The position numbers and the translations under genes were made by a program. A DNA stretch of 64,000 bases from Dehalococcoidia bacterium. GTDB taxonomy: Bacteria > Chloroflexota > Dehalococcoidia > Lucifugimonadales > UBA3495. Below, piece after piece: positions 20,249 through 30,099 of the stretch. Location of the stretch: NCBI GenBank assembly GCA_965197665.1, contig CBDANO010000003.1, positions 361,924 through 425,923 on the forward strand, read 5' to 3'. Position 1 is the stretch's first letter. Each line of letters begins with the position of its first letter. Under the pieces are notes generated by a model. The model saw nothing but the letters and a program-made list of their open reading frames with translations. It did no database searches and was not told where the DNA came from.

Positions 20249-21808
20249 CTACTGTGACCTCAAGGCCCGTCCCGGCAGCGCTCCCGTATGGGTGCCATTA
20301 TCTATCACCAACCGGCCGTTAACCATAACGTAATCTATGGCGGCGGGGTATTGCTTGGGGTCTTCGAAGGTGGCTTTGGCCTCCACCCGGTCCGGGTCGA
20401 ACATGACCAGGTCCGCCTTCATGCCGTCCCGGAGGATGCCCCGGTCCTTCAGCCCCAGTCTTTGGGCCGGGATGGCCGACATCTTTCGCACCGCCTCCTC
20501 CAGCCGCAGCAGCCCCTCTTCGCGGACGAACTGGCCCAGCACGTAGGGGAAGGTGCCGTAGGTCCTGGGGTTGGGCATCTGACCGGTGAGAATAGCGTCC
20601 GAGCCAACCATCTGGGCCGGGTGGCGCACGATGGTCCGGATGTTGTCCGGGTTGCCGGTCCGGGCCACGAAAGCGACTTCCAGGTTTTCTTCGATCAACA
20701 GGTCGCAGACCGCGTCGATCATCTTCTTGCCTTGGGCCCGGGCCAAGTCGGTCAGGGAACGGCCCTCCCACTCTTTATTCTTGGCCGACCCTACGTGGCT
20801 AAAAATGTACTGGTCCAGAGACAAGCCCCACATCGGGTTAATCGAGTCGTCAAGCTCGTCCCTTACACGCCGGTCCTGAATTCTTTGGAGCAGAGCGGTT
20901 GGCCCGCCGGAGTGCACCCAGTAAGGGAGCAGCGAGTGCAACACGGTACTGGCGGCGGCGTAAGGGTACTGGTCGAAGGTCACGTCTATACCGCCGCTCC
21001 GGGCTTGGTCTACCAGGCCCACCATTTGCTGGCCCATGCCGTCCACCGGGCTGTGATAGTGGGAAATGTGTACCGGCACCCCGCTGCGGCGGCCGATGTC
21101 CACCGCCTCCCGGAAGGGGTCCAACAACCGGTCCCCCAGGCTGTACCGGGCGTGGGTCATGTAGAACCCTCCCAGGTCCTTGATAGCGTCGCACACCGCC
21201 ACCAATTCGTTGGTGTCGCTGTATGCCCCCGGCGGGTAAGTCAGCCCGGTAGCGAAGCCAAAAGCGCCGTCCCGCATTCCCTGGCGGGCCAGTTCCCGCA
21301 TCCGGCCCAGCTCAGCCTCGGTGGGCAAACGGTCATCCCATCCCATGGCTTCTACCCGGAGGGCGGCGTGAGGGACCATGTAGACCGCGTTACAAGCGGC
21401 CCGGCCATCGAACAAGTCCAGGAACTCTTTAACGCTACTCCATCCCACACCGGCCGGGGGTCTGCCGTTGACGGCGGCCAAGTGGGTCAGGAGGTGGTCC
21501 AGATTGCCCGGAGAAATCGGGGCGTAGGAAAGGCCGTCCATGCCCAGGGCTTCGGTGGTGACGCCCTGCCGTACTTTGGCTTCATGCCTCGGCTCCGCCA
21601 GCATTAGCAGGTCCGAATGGGAGTGCATGTCGATGAAACCCGGGCATACCACGTAGTTGGAGGCATCGATCACTCTTCCGGCTTGCAACGAGGAAACGTC
21701 GCCCCGCAAGATCGTAACCTCATCTCCGGTTATGCCCACGCCAGCCCGGAACCAGGGCCCTCCAGTACCGTCGATAACCCGGCCGTCCTTAATCAGCAGG
21801 TCGAACAT
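20249..21808 (-). CDS. N-acyl-D-amino-acid deacylase (D-aminoacylase) family amidohydrolase
   Basis: 519-aa ORF with the N-terminus MFDLLIKDGRVIDGTG and the metal site GFIDMHSHSD. Confidence 0.8.
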   Translation of the reverse strand: MFDLLIKDGRVIDGTGGPWFRAGVGITGDEVTILRGDVSSLQAGRVIDASNYVVCPGFIDMHSHSDLLMLAEPRHEAKVRQGVTTEALGMDGLSYAPISPGNLDHLLTHLAAVNGRPPAGVGWSSVKEFLDLFDGRAACNAVYMVPHAALRVEAMGWDDRLPTEAELGRMRELARQGMRDGAFGFATGLTYPPGAYSDTNELVAVCDAIKDLGGFYMTHARYSLGDRLLDPFREAVDIGRRSGVPVHISHYHSPVDGMGQQMVGLVDQARSGGIDVTFDQYPYAAASTVLHSLLPYWVHSGGPTALLQRIQDRRVRDELDDSINPMWGLSLDQYIFSHVGSAKNKEWEGRSLTDLARAQGKKMIDAVCDLLIEENLEVAFVARTGNPDNIRTIVRHPAQMVGSDAILTGQMPNPRTYGTFPYVLGQFVREEGLLRLEEAVRKMSAIPAQRLGLKDRGILRDGMKADLVMFDPDRVEAKATFEDPKQYPAAIDYVMVNGRLVIDNGTHTGALPGRALRSQ

Positions 21809-22132
21809 TATGTCTTCCCCCGGCGGCCTATTCGCCGTTAGTATCAGGAACGGAATGGCGTAAATGGGACCGCAGAATATAGAATCGAAGTATTATGTTA
21901 CAACATTTTGCTTGTAGACAGGGCCACGAACCGAGCCGGCCGCTCCCTTGCCAGCGGCTGCCGCGGCGACTAATATTGTCGCAGCCGTTAGACGCCTGAA
22001 GCAGCGCCGGCCGGTGGCGACGCATTTACGCTTTCTCCGAAAGCTTGCTAGCTAACTCGATGTGCAAGTTCTTCAGGCTCCCGATTGGATTGCCGGCGCC
22101 ACAGCGTCTTCGTTGGATATGACACTTCTTCC

Positions 22133-22202
22133 GGGGGTGTGGCAACCCTTGCCTTATGCCTGGACGGCCGATAAGAAGCTTGCAGACGGGGTTAATTACC
22201 CC
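22133..22202 (+). repeat. Copy B of the conserved element of about 70 nt
   Basis: Colinear with copy A without gaps. It ends 25 nt upstream of the VOC gene ATG. Confidence 0.7.
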
Positions 22203-22226
22203 ACTTCAACGAGAAGGAGGGCTGGG

Positions 22227-22634
22227 ATGGGGACGGTAAGCATCGATCACATAGCGATGCCCACCGCCAACGCGGAGCGTACCATCGAGTTCTACAAGCG
22301 GCTGGGATTCCACATTAACGATGAAGACGATTGGCGCGCCGGTAAAGCAAAAATCTTTTCCATCCAAGTCGGCGACTCCAAAATCAATGTTCACCCCGAG
22401 GGTTTCACCGCCGATCTGAGAGGGCCGACTGCGGTACCCGGCTGCGCCGACATCTGCTTCGTGTGGGAGGGAACGGCGGAGGAGTGCAAGCAGTGGCTCG
22501 AAGACGCCGGGGTGGCGGTAATCCGGGGGCCGGGACCCCGCAAGGGCGCCCGGTCCGGCGGCGGCCTGCCGGCAGTCAGCTTATACGCTAGGGACCCGGA
22601 CGAGAACTTGCTGGAATGGATGGTCTATATCTAA
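22227..22634 (+). CDS. VOC / glyoxalase-family protein
   Basis: Carries the motif IDHIAMPTANAERTIEFYKRLGF. ATG 22227 is preceded by AAGGAGG. The longer ORF-track start (22062) runs through the repeat element. Confidence 0.7.
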   Translation: MGTVSIDHIAMPTANAERTIEFYKRLGFHINDEDDWRAGKAKIFSIQVGDSKINVHPEGFTADLRGPTAVPGCADICFVWEGTAEECKQWLEDAGVAVIRGPGPRKGARSGGGLPAVSLYARDPDENLLEWMVYI

Positions 22635-22668
22635 ACGCTGGAAATCTTGAGCTGAGGAAGAGTAACGC

Positions 22669-24342
22669 ATGCCAACGATGACAGGTAAACAAGTCTTGGC
22701 TCAGATGCTGATTGCTGAAGGGTTGGAGTACATCTTCGGCAACCCTGGCACCAGCGAGACCCCCCTGTTGGACGCCCTTCAGGACTACCCCAGGCTGAAG
22801 TACGTGCAATCACTTCAAGAAGGGACCGCCGTGGGCATGGCCGACGGCTACGCCCGGGCAACCGGCCAGCCAGCCTTCGCTAACATCCACATTGCCGGGG
22901 GGTTAGCCAACGGTATAAGCGCCCTGTACAACGCCTACAGAGGCGGGACCCCAATGGTGCTGACGGCGGGCAATTCGGACACCCGGATGTTCATGCACGA
23001 CCCGGTCCTGTCCGGCGACCTAGTGGAGATGACCAAGCAGTACACCAAGTGGAGCGCCGAGGTCCTTCACGCCTCGGACATACCCGTAGCGGTGCGCCGG
23101 GCCTTCAAGGAAGCAAAAACGCCGCCCACCGGTCCGGTATTCCTTTCCTTTCCTTGGGACACCATGGATGACTTGGCCGACTTGGCGGTCAACCCGTCTT
23201 CACCGGGCTTCTTTCGGACGAGGCCGGACAGCGGCGCCGTGGCCAAGGCTTCCCGCCTGCTGTCCCAGGCGGAGAATCCGCTGATCGTGGTGGGGGACCG
23301 GGTGGCCCAATCGGGCGCCGTCAGTCAGGTGGTACGCGTTGCCGAGCAGTTGGGCGCCAAGGTGTACGCCTCTTCCTATTCGGAGGTCAACTTCCCTACC
23401 AGCCACGGCCTGTACGGCGGGATGCTGAACCTGAACAACCCGGCCACTAGCGAGTATTTCACCGGCGCCGACGTGGTGCTGGCCGTCGGGTCCAACGTCT
23501 TCAATTCCTTCTTGTACGTACCGGACCCGTTCCTGGAACCAACCACCAAATTGGTCCACTTGGACAACGACGCTACGGAACTGGAAAGAATATACCCCAC
23601 CGAAATCGGCATGTTGGCCGATCCGGCGGCCGGATTAGAGGAACTGTCCGACGCGCTGGAGCAGGACATGAACGCCGCCGCTCGGGAAGCGGCCGCAACC
23701 AGGAGCGCCACGTGGGCCGAGAGAAAGCGCCAAGCCGCGGTGCAAGACCGGCAGCGCCTCAGCAGCATTTGGAACCGGCGGCCGATGCCGGCGGAGCGAA
23801 TGATGCACGAGTTGGCCCAAGCCTCACCCCCCGACACTATCGTGGCCGATGAAGCCATAACCTCCAAGTCCGCCCTGATGCAAGCCTTCGATTTCGACGA
23901 GCCGGGCAGTTTCTATGGCATCCGGGGCGGCGCCCTGGGTTGGGCGATGCCGGGTGCCTTGGGGATCAAGCTGGCTAATCCGGACCGTCCGGTGCTGGCG
24001 GTGGTCGGGGACGGCTCTTCCCTGTATACAATCCAGGCGTTATGGACGGCGTCCCGCTATGACATTCCGGTGGTCTACGCCATATGCAACAACAGGTCGT
24101 ACCGCATTCTCAAAGTCAACATGGAAATCTACCTCCGGAGCATGTTGAACGACAAGCAGCGGCAAAGCGAGTACGTGGGGATGGAGTTCGCCAATCCGTT
24201 GGACTTGGCGGCCATCGCTCCGGGAATGGGGGTCTCCGGTGAGAAAGTGGAGGACCCGGAGGCGCTGGGACCGGCTCTGCGCCGGGCCTTCGACAGCGGC
24301 AAGCCCGCCGTCATAGACGTTAGCATCGACGGCTCGTTGTAG
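22669..24342 (+). CDS. Thiamine-diphosphate-dependent enzyme (benzoylformate decarboxylase / acetolactate synthase-like)
   Basis: 557-aa ORF with an N-terminal GNPGTSE and a C-terminal GDGSSLYTIQALWTA ThDP-binding motif. Confidence 0.85.
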   Translation: MPTMTGKQVLAQMLIAEGLEYIFGNPGTSETPLLDALQDYPRLKYVQSLQEGTAVGMADGYARATGQPAFANIHIAGGLANGISALYNAYRGGTPMVLTAGNSDTRMFMHDPVLSGDLVEMTKQYTKWSAEVLHASDIPVAVRRAFKEAKTPPTGPVFLSFPWDTMDDLADLAVNPSSPGFFRTRPDSGAVAKASRLLSQAENPLIVVGDRVAQSGAVSQVVRVAEQLGAKVYASSYSEVNFPTSHGLYGGMLNLNNPATSEYFTGADVVLAVGSNVFNSFLYVPDPFLEPTTKLVHLDNDATELERIYPTEIGMLADPAAGLEELSDALEQDMNAAAREAAATRSATWAERKRQAAVQDRQRLSSIWNRRPMPAERMMHELAQASPPDTIVADEAITSKSALMQAFDFDEPGSFYGIRGGALGWAMPGALGIKLANPDRPVLAVVGDGSSLYTIQALWTASRYDIPVVYAICNNRSYRILKVNMEIYLRSMLNDKQRQSEYVGMEFANPLDLAAIAPGMGVSGEKVEDPEALGPALRRAFDSGKPAVIDVSIDGSL

Positions 24343-24540
24343 TCACCCCTCAAGGGTTTCGTCCACCGGCCCGGCGATAATTTCCGCCCCGCCGGTCTTC
24401 GCCGCTAACGCCGACCGCCAAAACCGCCACAGTGAATTTCGGCGAAACCCGCAGTGACTAGCGCCTTATGTCAACTGCAACTGCCCCAACCACCAGTCTT
24501 CCAGGCGCGGCAAAGGGGACTTTCACGGCGGAGGAATAAC

Positions 24541-25350
24541 GTGGAGCAAAAGAGGTACCGGCTGGAAAATAAAGTCGCCATCGTTACGGGGGCCGGGTCA
24601 AGCGGGCCCGGGATGGGGACCGGGAAAGCCGCCGCTATATTGTTCGCCCGGGAGGGTGCCAAGGTGCTGCTGGTGGACCGGGACGGACGGCGCGCCGAAG
24701 AGACCCAAGCGGCTATCCGGGAGGAAGGCGGAGAGGCGGCGGTATTCGATGGGGACGTTACTCGAGAGCGGGACTGCAAAGCCTTGGCGGATGCGGCGGT
24801 TGAACGCTACGGCCCCATAAGCATCCTCTTCAACAACGTCGGCATTCTGGGCAGGGGCAGCGTCGTGGAAGTGACGGAAGAAGCATGGGACCAAGTGATG
24901 GCGGTCAACTTGAAGAGCATGATGTTGACCAGCAAGTTCGTCGTGCCGATTATGGCCCAAGGCGGGGGCGGCTCGATCATCAATGTGTCGTCTATTGCTG
25001 GGCTGAGGGCCGGCAGCGGAGGCCCCAGCATGTCGTATTCGGCCTCCAAGGGCGGCGTCATAGCTTTGACGGCCTCCATGGCGGTGCATCACGGCAGGGA
25101 CAACGTCCGAGTGAATTGCATCGCTCCCGGCCACATATACACGCCGATGGTGTCGGCCATGAGCGAAGAGTCCCGGGACCTGCGGCGGCGGGCCGGGCCA
25201 CTGGGGACGGAAGGCACGGCTTGGGACATCGCTTGGGCGGCAGTGTTTCTGGCCAGCGACGAGGCGAGGTGGATATCCGGCGTGGTGCTGCCCGTGGACG
25301 CCGGGTTACTGGCCGCAACGCCCATGTCAATGTTGGAGCATCTCAGGTAG
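24541..25350 (+). CDS. Short-chain dehydrogenase/reductase
   Basis: Carries the TGAGSSGPGMG Rossmann motif and the catalytic YSASKGG. GTG 24541 with a GGAGGA RBS is preferred over ORF-track start 24454. Confidence 0.85.
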   Translation: MEQKRYRLENKVAIVTGAGSSGPGMGTGKAAAILFAREGAKVLLVDRDGRRAEETQAAIREEGGEAAVFDGDVTRERDCKALADAAVERYGPISILFNNVGILGRGSVVEVTEEAWDQVMAVNLKSMMLTSKFVVPIMAQGGGGSIINVSSIAGLRAGSGGPSMSYSASKGGVIALTASMAVHHGRDNVRVNCIAPGHIYTPMVSAMSEESRDLRRRAGPLGTEGTAWDIAWAAVFLASDEARWISGVVLPVDAGLLAATPMSMLEHLR

Positions 25351-25517
25351 TTCACCCGGCGCCCAAGCCCGCCTCCGGCCGGACCTGAAATACAAGAAAT
25401 ACCAAAGGAATCGCTATGGTCCGCCGCGGCGGACCGCCCCGATCATTCTGTTTCTTTCCGGGCGGCCCTCGCGTTTGCTTGGACCTGCGGCGAGAAACTT
25501 GCCTTCGGGGTTGGCCG

Positions 25518-26477
25518 TCAGCCGTCCGGGTGGGTTGTAATGAACCGGGCCGCTTTGTCCGGGTCCACGTGGGGGGAGCGGACCTCCACACCCGCCTGCT
25601 CCTCTTGTAGCAAGAAGGTCACGTTGTTGTCTAGATCACCCCAACCCCGGTTGATTCCCTGGATGGCGATCTGCTCCACAAGGTTGGCCACCGGCATGGG
25701 AACGTTGAACTCTTTGCCCAACTCGGTGGCCAGCCCGACGTCCTTCCTGGCCAGGGACAAAGCAAAGCTGGGCGGGTCGAACTCCCCGCGAAACACGGTT
25801 CTTGGGATGGCCTCGTGGAGCCCGCTCATCCGCCCTACCGCGCCGCGGCGCACGCACTCCCATAGGGCCTCGGGATCGACTCCGGCCTTGACTCCCAGGG
25901 TCAGGCCTTCGGCGATGGCTTGGCGGACTCCGTGGCCTATCATGTTGTGGACCAGCTTGGCCACGCTGCCGGCGCCAATGCTCCCGGCATAGAACACCTT
26001 GTCACCAAAAGCGTCGAGCAAGGGCTTGACGCGGTCATAAATCTCCCGCTCTCCACCCACCATCACCGCCAGGTTACCGCTTGCGGCGCCGCTCTTGCCG
26101 CCGCTGACCGGAGCATCCAACACGTGGGCGCCCTTCTGCCGGAACCGGGGTTCGATTTCACGGATCAGCGTGGGACGGCTGGTGGACAATTCCACAAGTA
26201 CGCCTCCGGGCCTGATGCCCTCGAGCACTCCTTCGGCGCCCAGGGAGACCTCCTCCACCTCCGCCGGCCCGGGCAACGACGTTAGGACAACGTCGGCTTG
26301 CCTAGCCACGTCGGCTGGGGAGTTGGCCAAGCGGGCGCCCTCCTCCAGAAAGGGCCTGACGGCAGCCTCGCGTATGTCGAACACCACCATCGGGTACCCG
26401 GCTTTTTGAATGTTGCCGGCCATCCCGGCGCCCATGTTCCCAAGGCCGATAAATCCTGCCGTCTCCATTGCGTCCAC
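25518..26477 (-). CDS. NAD(P)-dependent 3-hydroxyisobutyrate dehydrogenase-like oxidoreductase
   Basis: Carries the GFIGLGNMGAGMAGN dinucleotide motif with a 6PGDH-like C-terminal domain. Confidence 0.85.
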   Translation of the reverse strand: MDAMETAGFIGLGNMGAGMAGNIQKAGYPMVVFDIREAAVRPFLEEGARLANSPADVARQADVVLTSLPGPAEVEEVSLGAEGVLEGIRPGGVLVELSTSRPTLIREIEPRFRQKGAHVLDAPVSGGKSGAASGNLAVMVGGEREIYDRVKPLLDAFGDKVFYAGSIGAGSVAKLVHNMIGHGVRQAIAEGLTLGVKAGVDPEALWECVRRGAVGRMSGLHEAIPRTVFRGEFDPPSFALSLARKDVGLATELGKEFNVPMPVANLVEQIAIQGINRGWGDLDNNVTFLLQEEQAGVEVRSPHVDPDKAARFITTHPDG

Positions 26478-26848
26478 TCTCCTATCTTGGCCGTTTTTTC
26501 TTTTCTCCGCTTTTTCTGTTCTGTGGCGACCGTGTCGCTTGCGGCGTTGGACCGGACTACCCTAACAGCGGCGTTCCTCATTTAGAAGACCGAATTGGAG
26601 GGCCGCTTCAGGGGCCGGGCCGCCTCCCCCGGTTGAGGTGAGAGAGCTAGGGAGGCGCCGGGGCCTTTCCGCAAGTCCGGCGCAAGGGATTATAGCCGGT
26701 CGGGTGACCCATCTCCACTGTGGGCGGAAGTCCCGGTTGACGACGCCAAGTTCCGTGGTTACACTCCCCTCACCCCGCCCTCTTCCTCAATTGAGAGGGA
26801 GGATGAAAAGGTTCTGGGTTCCGCCCTTGATTTCTTGAGGAGAAAGCT

Positions 26849-28021
26849 ATGATCAAGTCTTTTGCTACGCTTTACACCGGGCACGTGCTCGAAGGCGAGG
26901 GAATAGGTTTCGGAGGTACGCCTCACGACGACCGTTGGTTCTCCAACGAGCGTTTGATCACCGCTTTTGACATCGCCAAAGATACAGCGCAAAAGTTGGA
27001 GGAGTTGGGTTATGACGTGCTGTGGATGGCGGAGCACCATTTCCAGCGGGAAGGCTATGAATGTATACCCAACTTGCTCATTCTTAGCCAGTGGTTGAGC
27101 CAGCATACCAAGAGGATCAAATTCGGTTGCGGGTTCAACATTCTACCCATGTGGCACCCGCTGCGCTTGGCCGAAGATTTCGCAATGGTGGACATTCTTA
27201 CCGGAGGCCGAGTGATTTTTGGCATCGGTCGAGGCTATCACACCCGAGAAGTTGAGACCTTTGGCGCGCCGATGCTTGACGCCGACGCCAACCGGGACCT
27301 GTTCGAAGAGCAGTTCGAAATCGTCATGAAAGCCTTCAACGAAGAGTCTTTTTCTTACCGGGGTAAGCACTATACGGTGCCGCCGGAAGTCCCCTACCGC
27401 GGATACCAACTCAAGGAGATTACCCTGGTGCCGCGCCCGATAAACCTGCCGGTGGAGACTTGGCAGCCCATAGTAAGCGGCAACGCCAAGGGCATGGAAT
27501 TCATGGCCAAGCATGGAATAAAGGGCATGATCCTGGGAACGGCTATGGAGTACGCCGACGAATGGATACACCGGTTCCGAGAGACCAACGCCCAACACGG
27601 TCGAGAGCTCCCGCTCGGCGGCAACTTGGCTATGGGATTTTGGAGCTTCATGGATGACAGCCGTGAGAAAGCCGAGCAAGCTTTGCAGCCAATCTTCGAG
27701 GAGCACGTCAAGTTCGCTGCGCCGCTGGGCATGCTGAGGTACACCGAGGAACAGATGAAAGAGATCGGACCCGGCGGGGTGGCCCGCCACATTGCGGCCG
27801 GCACCAACTACCGGGAAGTCTTGGAGAAGGGGGCTTGGTTCGCCGGCACGCCCGAGGACACTATCGCTTACCTGAAGGACATCGAACAGAAGTACCCGGG
27901 ACTGGAGCAAGTGTTGATTGGGTTCCCGATGGGAGTGGCCAAAGCCCAGTTCATGGAACAGTTGACCCGCTTTGCCAAAGAGGTGATGCCGGCCTTCAAG
28001 ACCAGTCCGGTAGGCGCCTAG
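26849..28021 (+). CDS. Luciferase-like (LLM) flavin-dependent oxidoreductase
   Basis: 390-aa ORF with an LLM-family TIM-barrel pattern. A GAGGAG RBS is present. Confidence 0.8.
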   Translation: MIKSFATLYTGHVLEGEGIGFGGTPHDDRWFSNERLITAFDIAKDTAQKLEELGYDVLWMAEHHFQREGYECIPNLLILSQWLSQHTKRIKFGCGFNILPMWHPLRLAEDFAMVDILTGGRVIFGIGRGYHTREVETFGAPMLDADANRDLFEEQFEIVMKAFNEESFSYRGKHYTVPPEVPYRGYQLKEITLVPRPINLPVETWQPIVSGNAKGMEFMAKHGIKGMILGTAMEYADEWIHRFRETNAQHGRELPLGGNLAMGFWSFMDDSREKAEQALQPIFEEHVKFAAPLGMLRYTEEQMKEIGPGGVARHIAAGTNYREVLEKGAWFAGTPEDTIAYLKDIEQKYPGLEQVLIGFPMGVAKAQFMEQLTRFAKEVMPAFKTSPVGA

Positions 28022-28114
28022 CGGCGAGTATCCCGGCGACGGGACCGGCCCGCCCGCGTAGCCAGGCGCCCAGGATTACCAACAAATCGAAGATAGATTT
28101 GAGAGGAGCCAAGA

Positions 28115-28345
28115 ATGACGGACCACACATACAAAGTTGTTGAACTGGTCGGATCGTCCAATGAAGGAGTGCAACAAGCCATCGACGGGGCCATCGCTAG
28201 GGCCTCGCAAACGCTGCAGCATCTGGACTGGTTCGAGGTAAAGGAAATCCGCGGCAACATCCAAGAGGGAAAAGCAGCCTGGTACCAGGTCAAACTAGCT
28301 ATCGGCTTTCGCGTTTTGGAACCGGAGGACCTGACCAAGGACTGA
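28115..28345 (+). CDS. Dodecin-family flavin-binding protein
   Basis: 76-aa ORF with the pattern YKVVELVGSS...LDWFEVKEIRG typical of dodecins. Confidence 0.75.
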   Translation: MTDHTYKVVELVGSSNEGVQQAIDGAIARASQTLQHLDWFEVKEIRGNIQEGKAAWYQVKLAIGFRVLEPEDLTKD

Positions 28346-28383
28346 CCTTTCCGGGGCCGTAACAACGACTGCGGTCGCGGCGA

Positions 28384-30024
28384 TTACCAGCGTTGGGGTT
28401 CGGAAGGACCGCTTGCGCCCCGGGCCAGGGAGTCCAAGACCACTCCTACCCTAGACCGGAAGGGCCTGACCCGGTTCTTTGCGTCGGGCGCGCCGACAGC
28501 GACCAGGAACATGAGACTCTTGCCTTTCGCGTGGGGCGAAAAGAACTCAATGGCCTCGTCGTCGTAGAAAGTCATGCCGGTAGCCCCCAAGTCCAAGGAG
28601 TGGGCGCAGAGGTACACGTTTCCAACCAGGATGCCCGCTTGTAGTTGGGCCGCCCGGTAACCCCGGCCTCCGTATCTGGCAAAAACTCCGTCCAACGCCG
28701 CCGTGAAGAACACCACCGCTGCCGCGTCGGCCCCTAAGGCTTGCTCGAAACACAGGTGGCCGGCCTCTTCTCGAAAATCCCCCGGCTTCAACAATTCCAG
28801 TCTCCGCTGGACGGAAGAGTAGTAGTACGCTCCCGCCCTCGCGCCTTCCACGGCGTTGGCAATAACGTAAGCGTCGACCAACAGGCCGCCGGCCCCTTCC
28901 CTGGAAAAATCGGCGGAAAAATCGGCGGAGACTCCCCGGATTGAGGTATCCAGGATGTCCCGTAACTTGGCCAAGGGAATTGGTACCCGGGAAAAGCGGC
29001 GGGTGGAGCCCCGGCGCAAGATGGTCTCTCCCAGGGGCCTGCCTTGGCGGTCTCCAACGCCGCGCCCGCGGCCAGGGGCGGGCGATTGAACATGGCCTTC
29101 GTTCGCCACGGGAAGCCGGCCTGGGGCCGCCTTTCGCCACACCAAGACTTCATCTTCGTCTTTCAAACAGGAGGCGGCATGGGTAGCGGCAATTACCGGG
29201 TAAGCGGTCTCTCCGGGGAAACGGTCGTCCGACCGGGCCGTTACCGGGGCCAAGCGGGGCAGGACCGGCCCTTCCGGAACACCGGCGCCGGCCCCTAGAG
29301 CAACCAGGCACAGGCTGGCCTCGCGCTCCCCTTGTATCCCCAGAAGCCGGTCCACTCTTTGGTCGACGAAGCCGGTTACCAACCTCGCCGGAAGAGCCGC
29401 CTCGCCACTGGCGGCCAGCAAGTTGGCCAGCATGGCGCCGGCGTCCCAGAAGCAGTAGCGGTACCCCCGTTCGCGGTACTTCCAGGCGCTGCGCCAAAAC
29501 AGCGCCGAGAATATCATGGTCACGGGAGCGTCGGCGACGGCCTCATCGCCCGCGGCGGCCCGTACCAATTCGCCCCGGTGGTCACCCTCTCGAAGCAGCC
29601 TGACGGTAAAGTCCAGCGGAGAGAAGTGATAGACGCCGGCCGCCAAGCCGGGAATGTCCCCGGTGACAAGGTACACCTCGACGGGGTACAAGGCCCCGGC
29701 GGAGGCCGCGGCCCGGTAATGCACCTCGCCCGCCACCGGGAGGACTCGTTTGTTGATCAACCCGGCCGAGTAGAACAGCAACCGGGCCAACTCGGTGAGA
29801 TCCAACGGCCCGGACCCGGGCCGCTCTGGCGCGGCGGCCCCGGAGACCGCTCCCAAGGTCGACGCCGCCGGCTGGGAAAAATTGACGGGCAAAGTGATGA
29901 CCTTGCCGCCCCGGTAGGACTTGTACAGGGGCGGTTTATTGGCCAGGTTGATGTAGGTTAGCTTGGTGGCCTCGTGGTAGCTTCGGGAAGCCTCGACGTT
30001 CCGATTGTCCACTTTCCCCCTCAC
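28384..30024 (-). CDS. SagB/ThcOx-type dehydrogenase with two nitroreductase-like halves
   Basis: 546-aa ORF with an N-terminal SYHEATKLTY motif and two nitroreductase-fold repeats. Confidence 0.65.
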   Translation of the reverse strand: MRGKVDNRNVEASRSYHEATKLTYINLANKPPLYKSYRGGKVITLPVNFSQPAASTLGAVSGAAAPERPGSGPLDLTELARLLFYSAGLINKRVLPVAGEVHYRAAASAGALYPVEVYLVTGDIPGLAAGVYHFSPLDFTVRLLREGDHRGELVRAAAGDEAVADAPVTMIFSALFWRSAWKYRERGYRYCFWDAGAMLANLLAASGEAALPARLVTGFVDQRVDRLLGIQGEREASLCLVALGAGAGVPEGPVLPRLAPVTARSDDRFPGETAYPVIAATHAASCLKDEDEVLVWRKAAPGRLPVANEGHVQSPAPGRGRGVGDRQGRPLGETILRRGSTRRFSRVPIPLAKLRDILDTSIRGVSADFSADFSREGAGGLLVDAYVIANAVEGARAGAYYYSSVQRRLELLKPGDFREEAGHLCFEQALGADAAAVVFFTAALDGVFARYGGRGYRAAQLQAGILVGNVYLCAHSLDLGATGMTFYDDEAIEFFSPHAKGKSLMFLVAVGAPDAKNRVRPFRSRVGVVLDSLARGASGPSEPQRW

Positions 30025-30099
30025 CCGCGCTCAGCCGGTTGAGGTCCCTGCGTCGTAACGACGGCGGCGCTCCGGCTGACAGCTAGATTGTCCCTTTGA

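Noticed and set aside
22062-22226. Upstream 55-codon extension of the VOC gene.
   Set aside because: It runs through repeat copy B and has no VOC homology. The internal ATG 22227 has a strong RBS.
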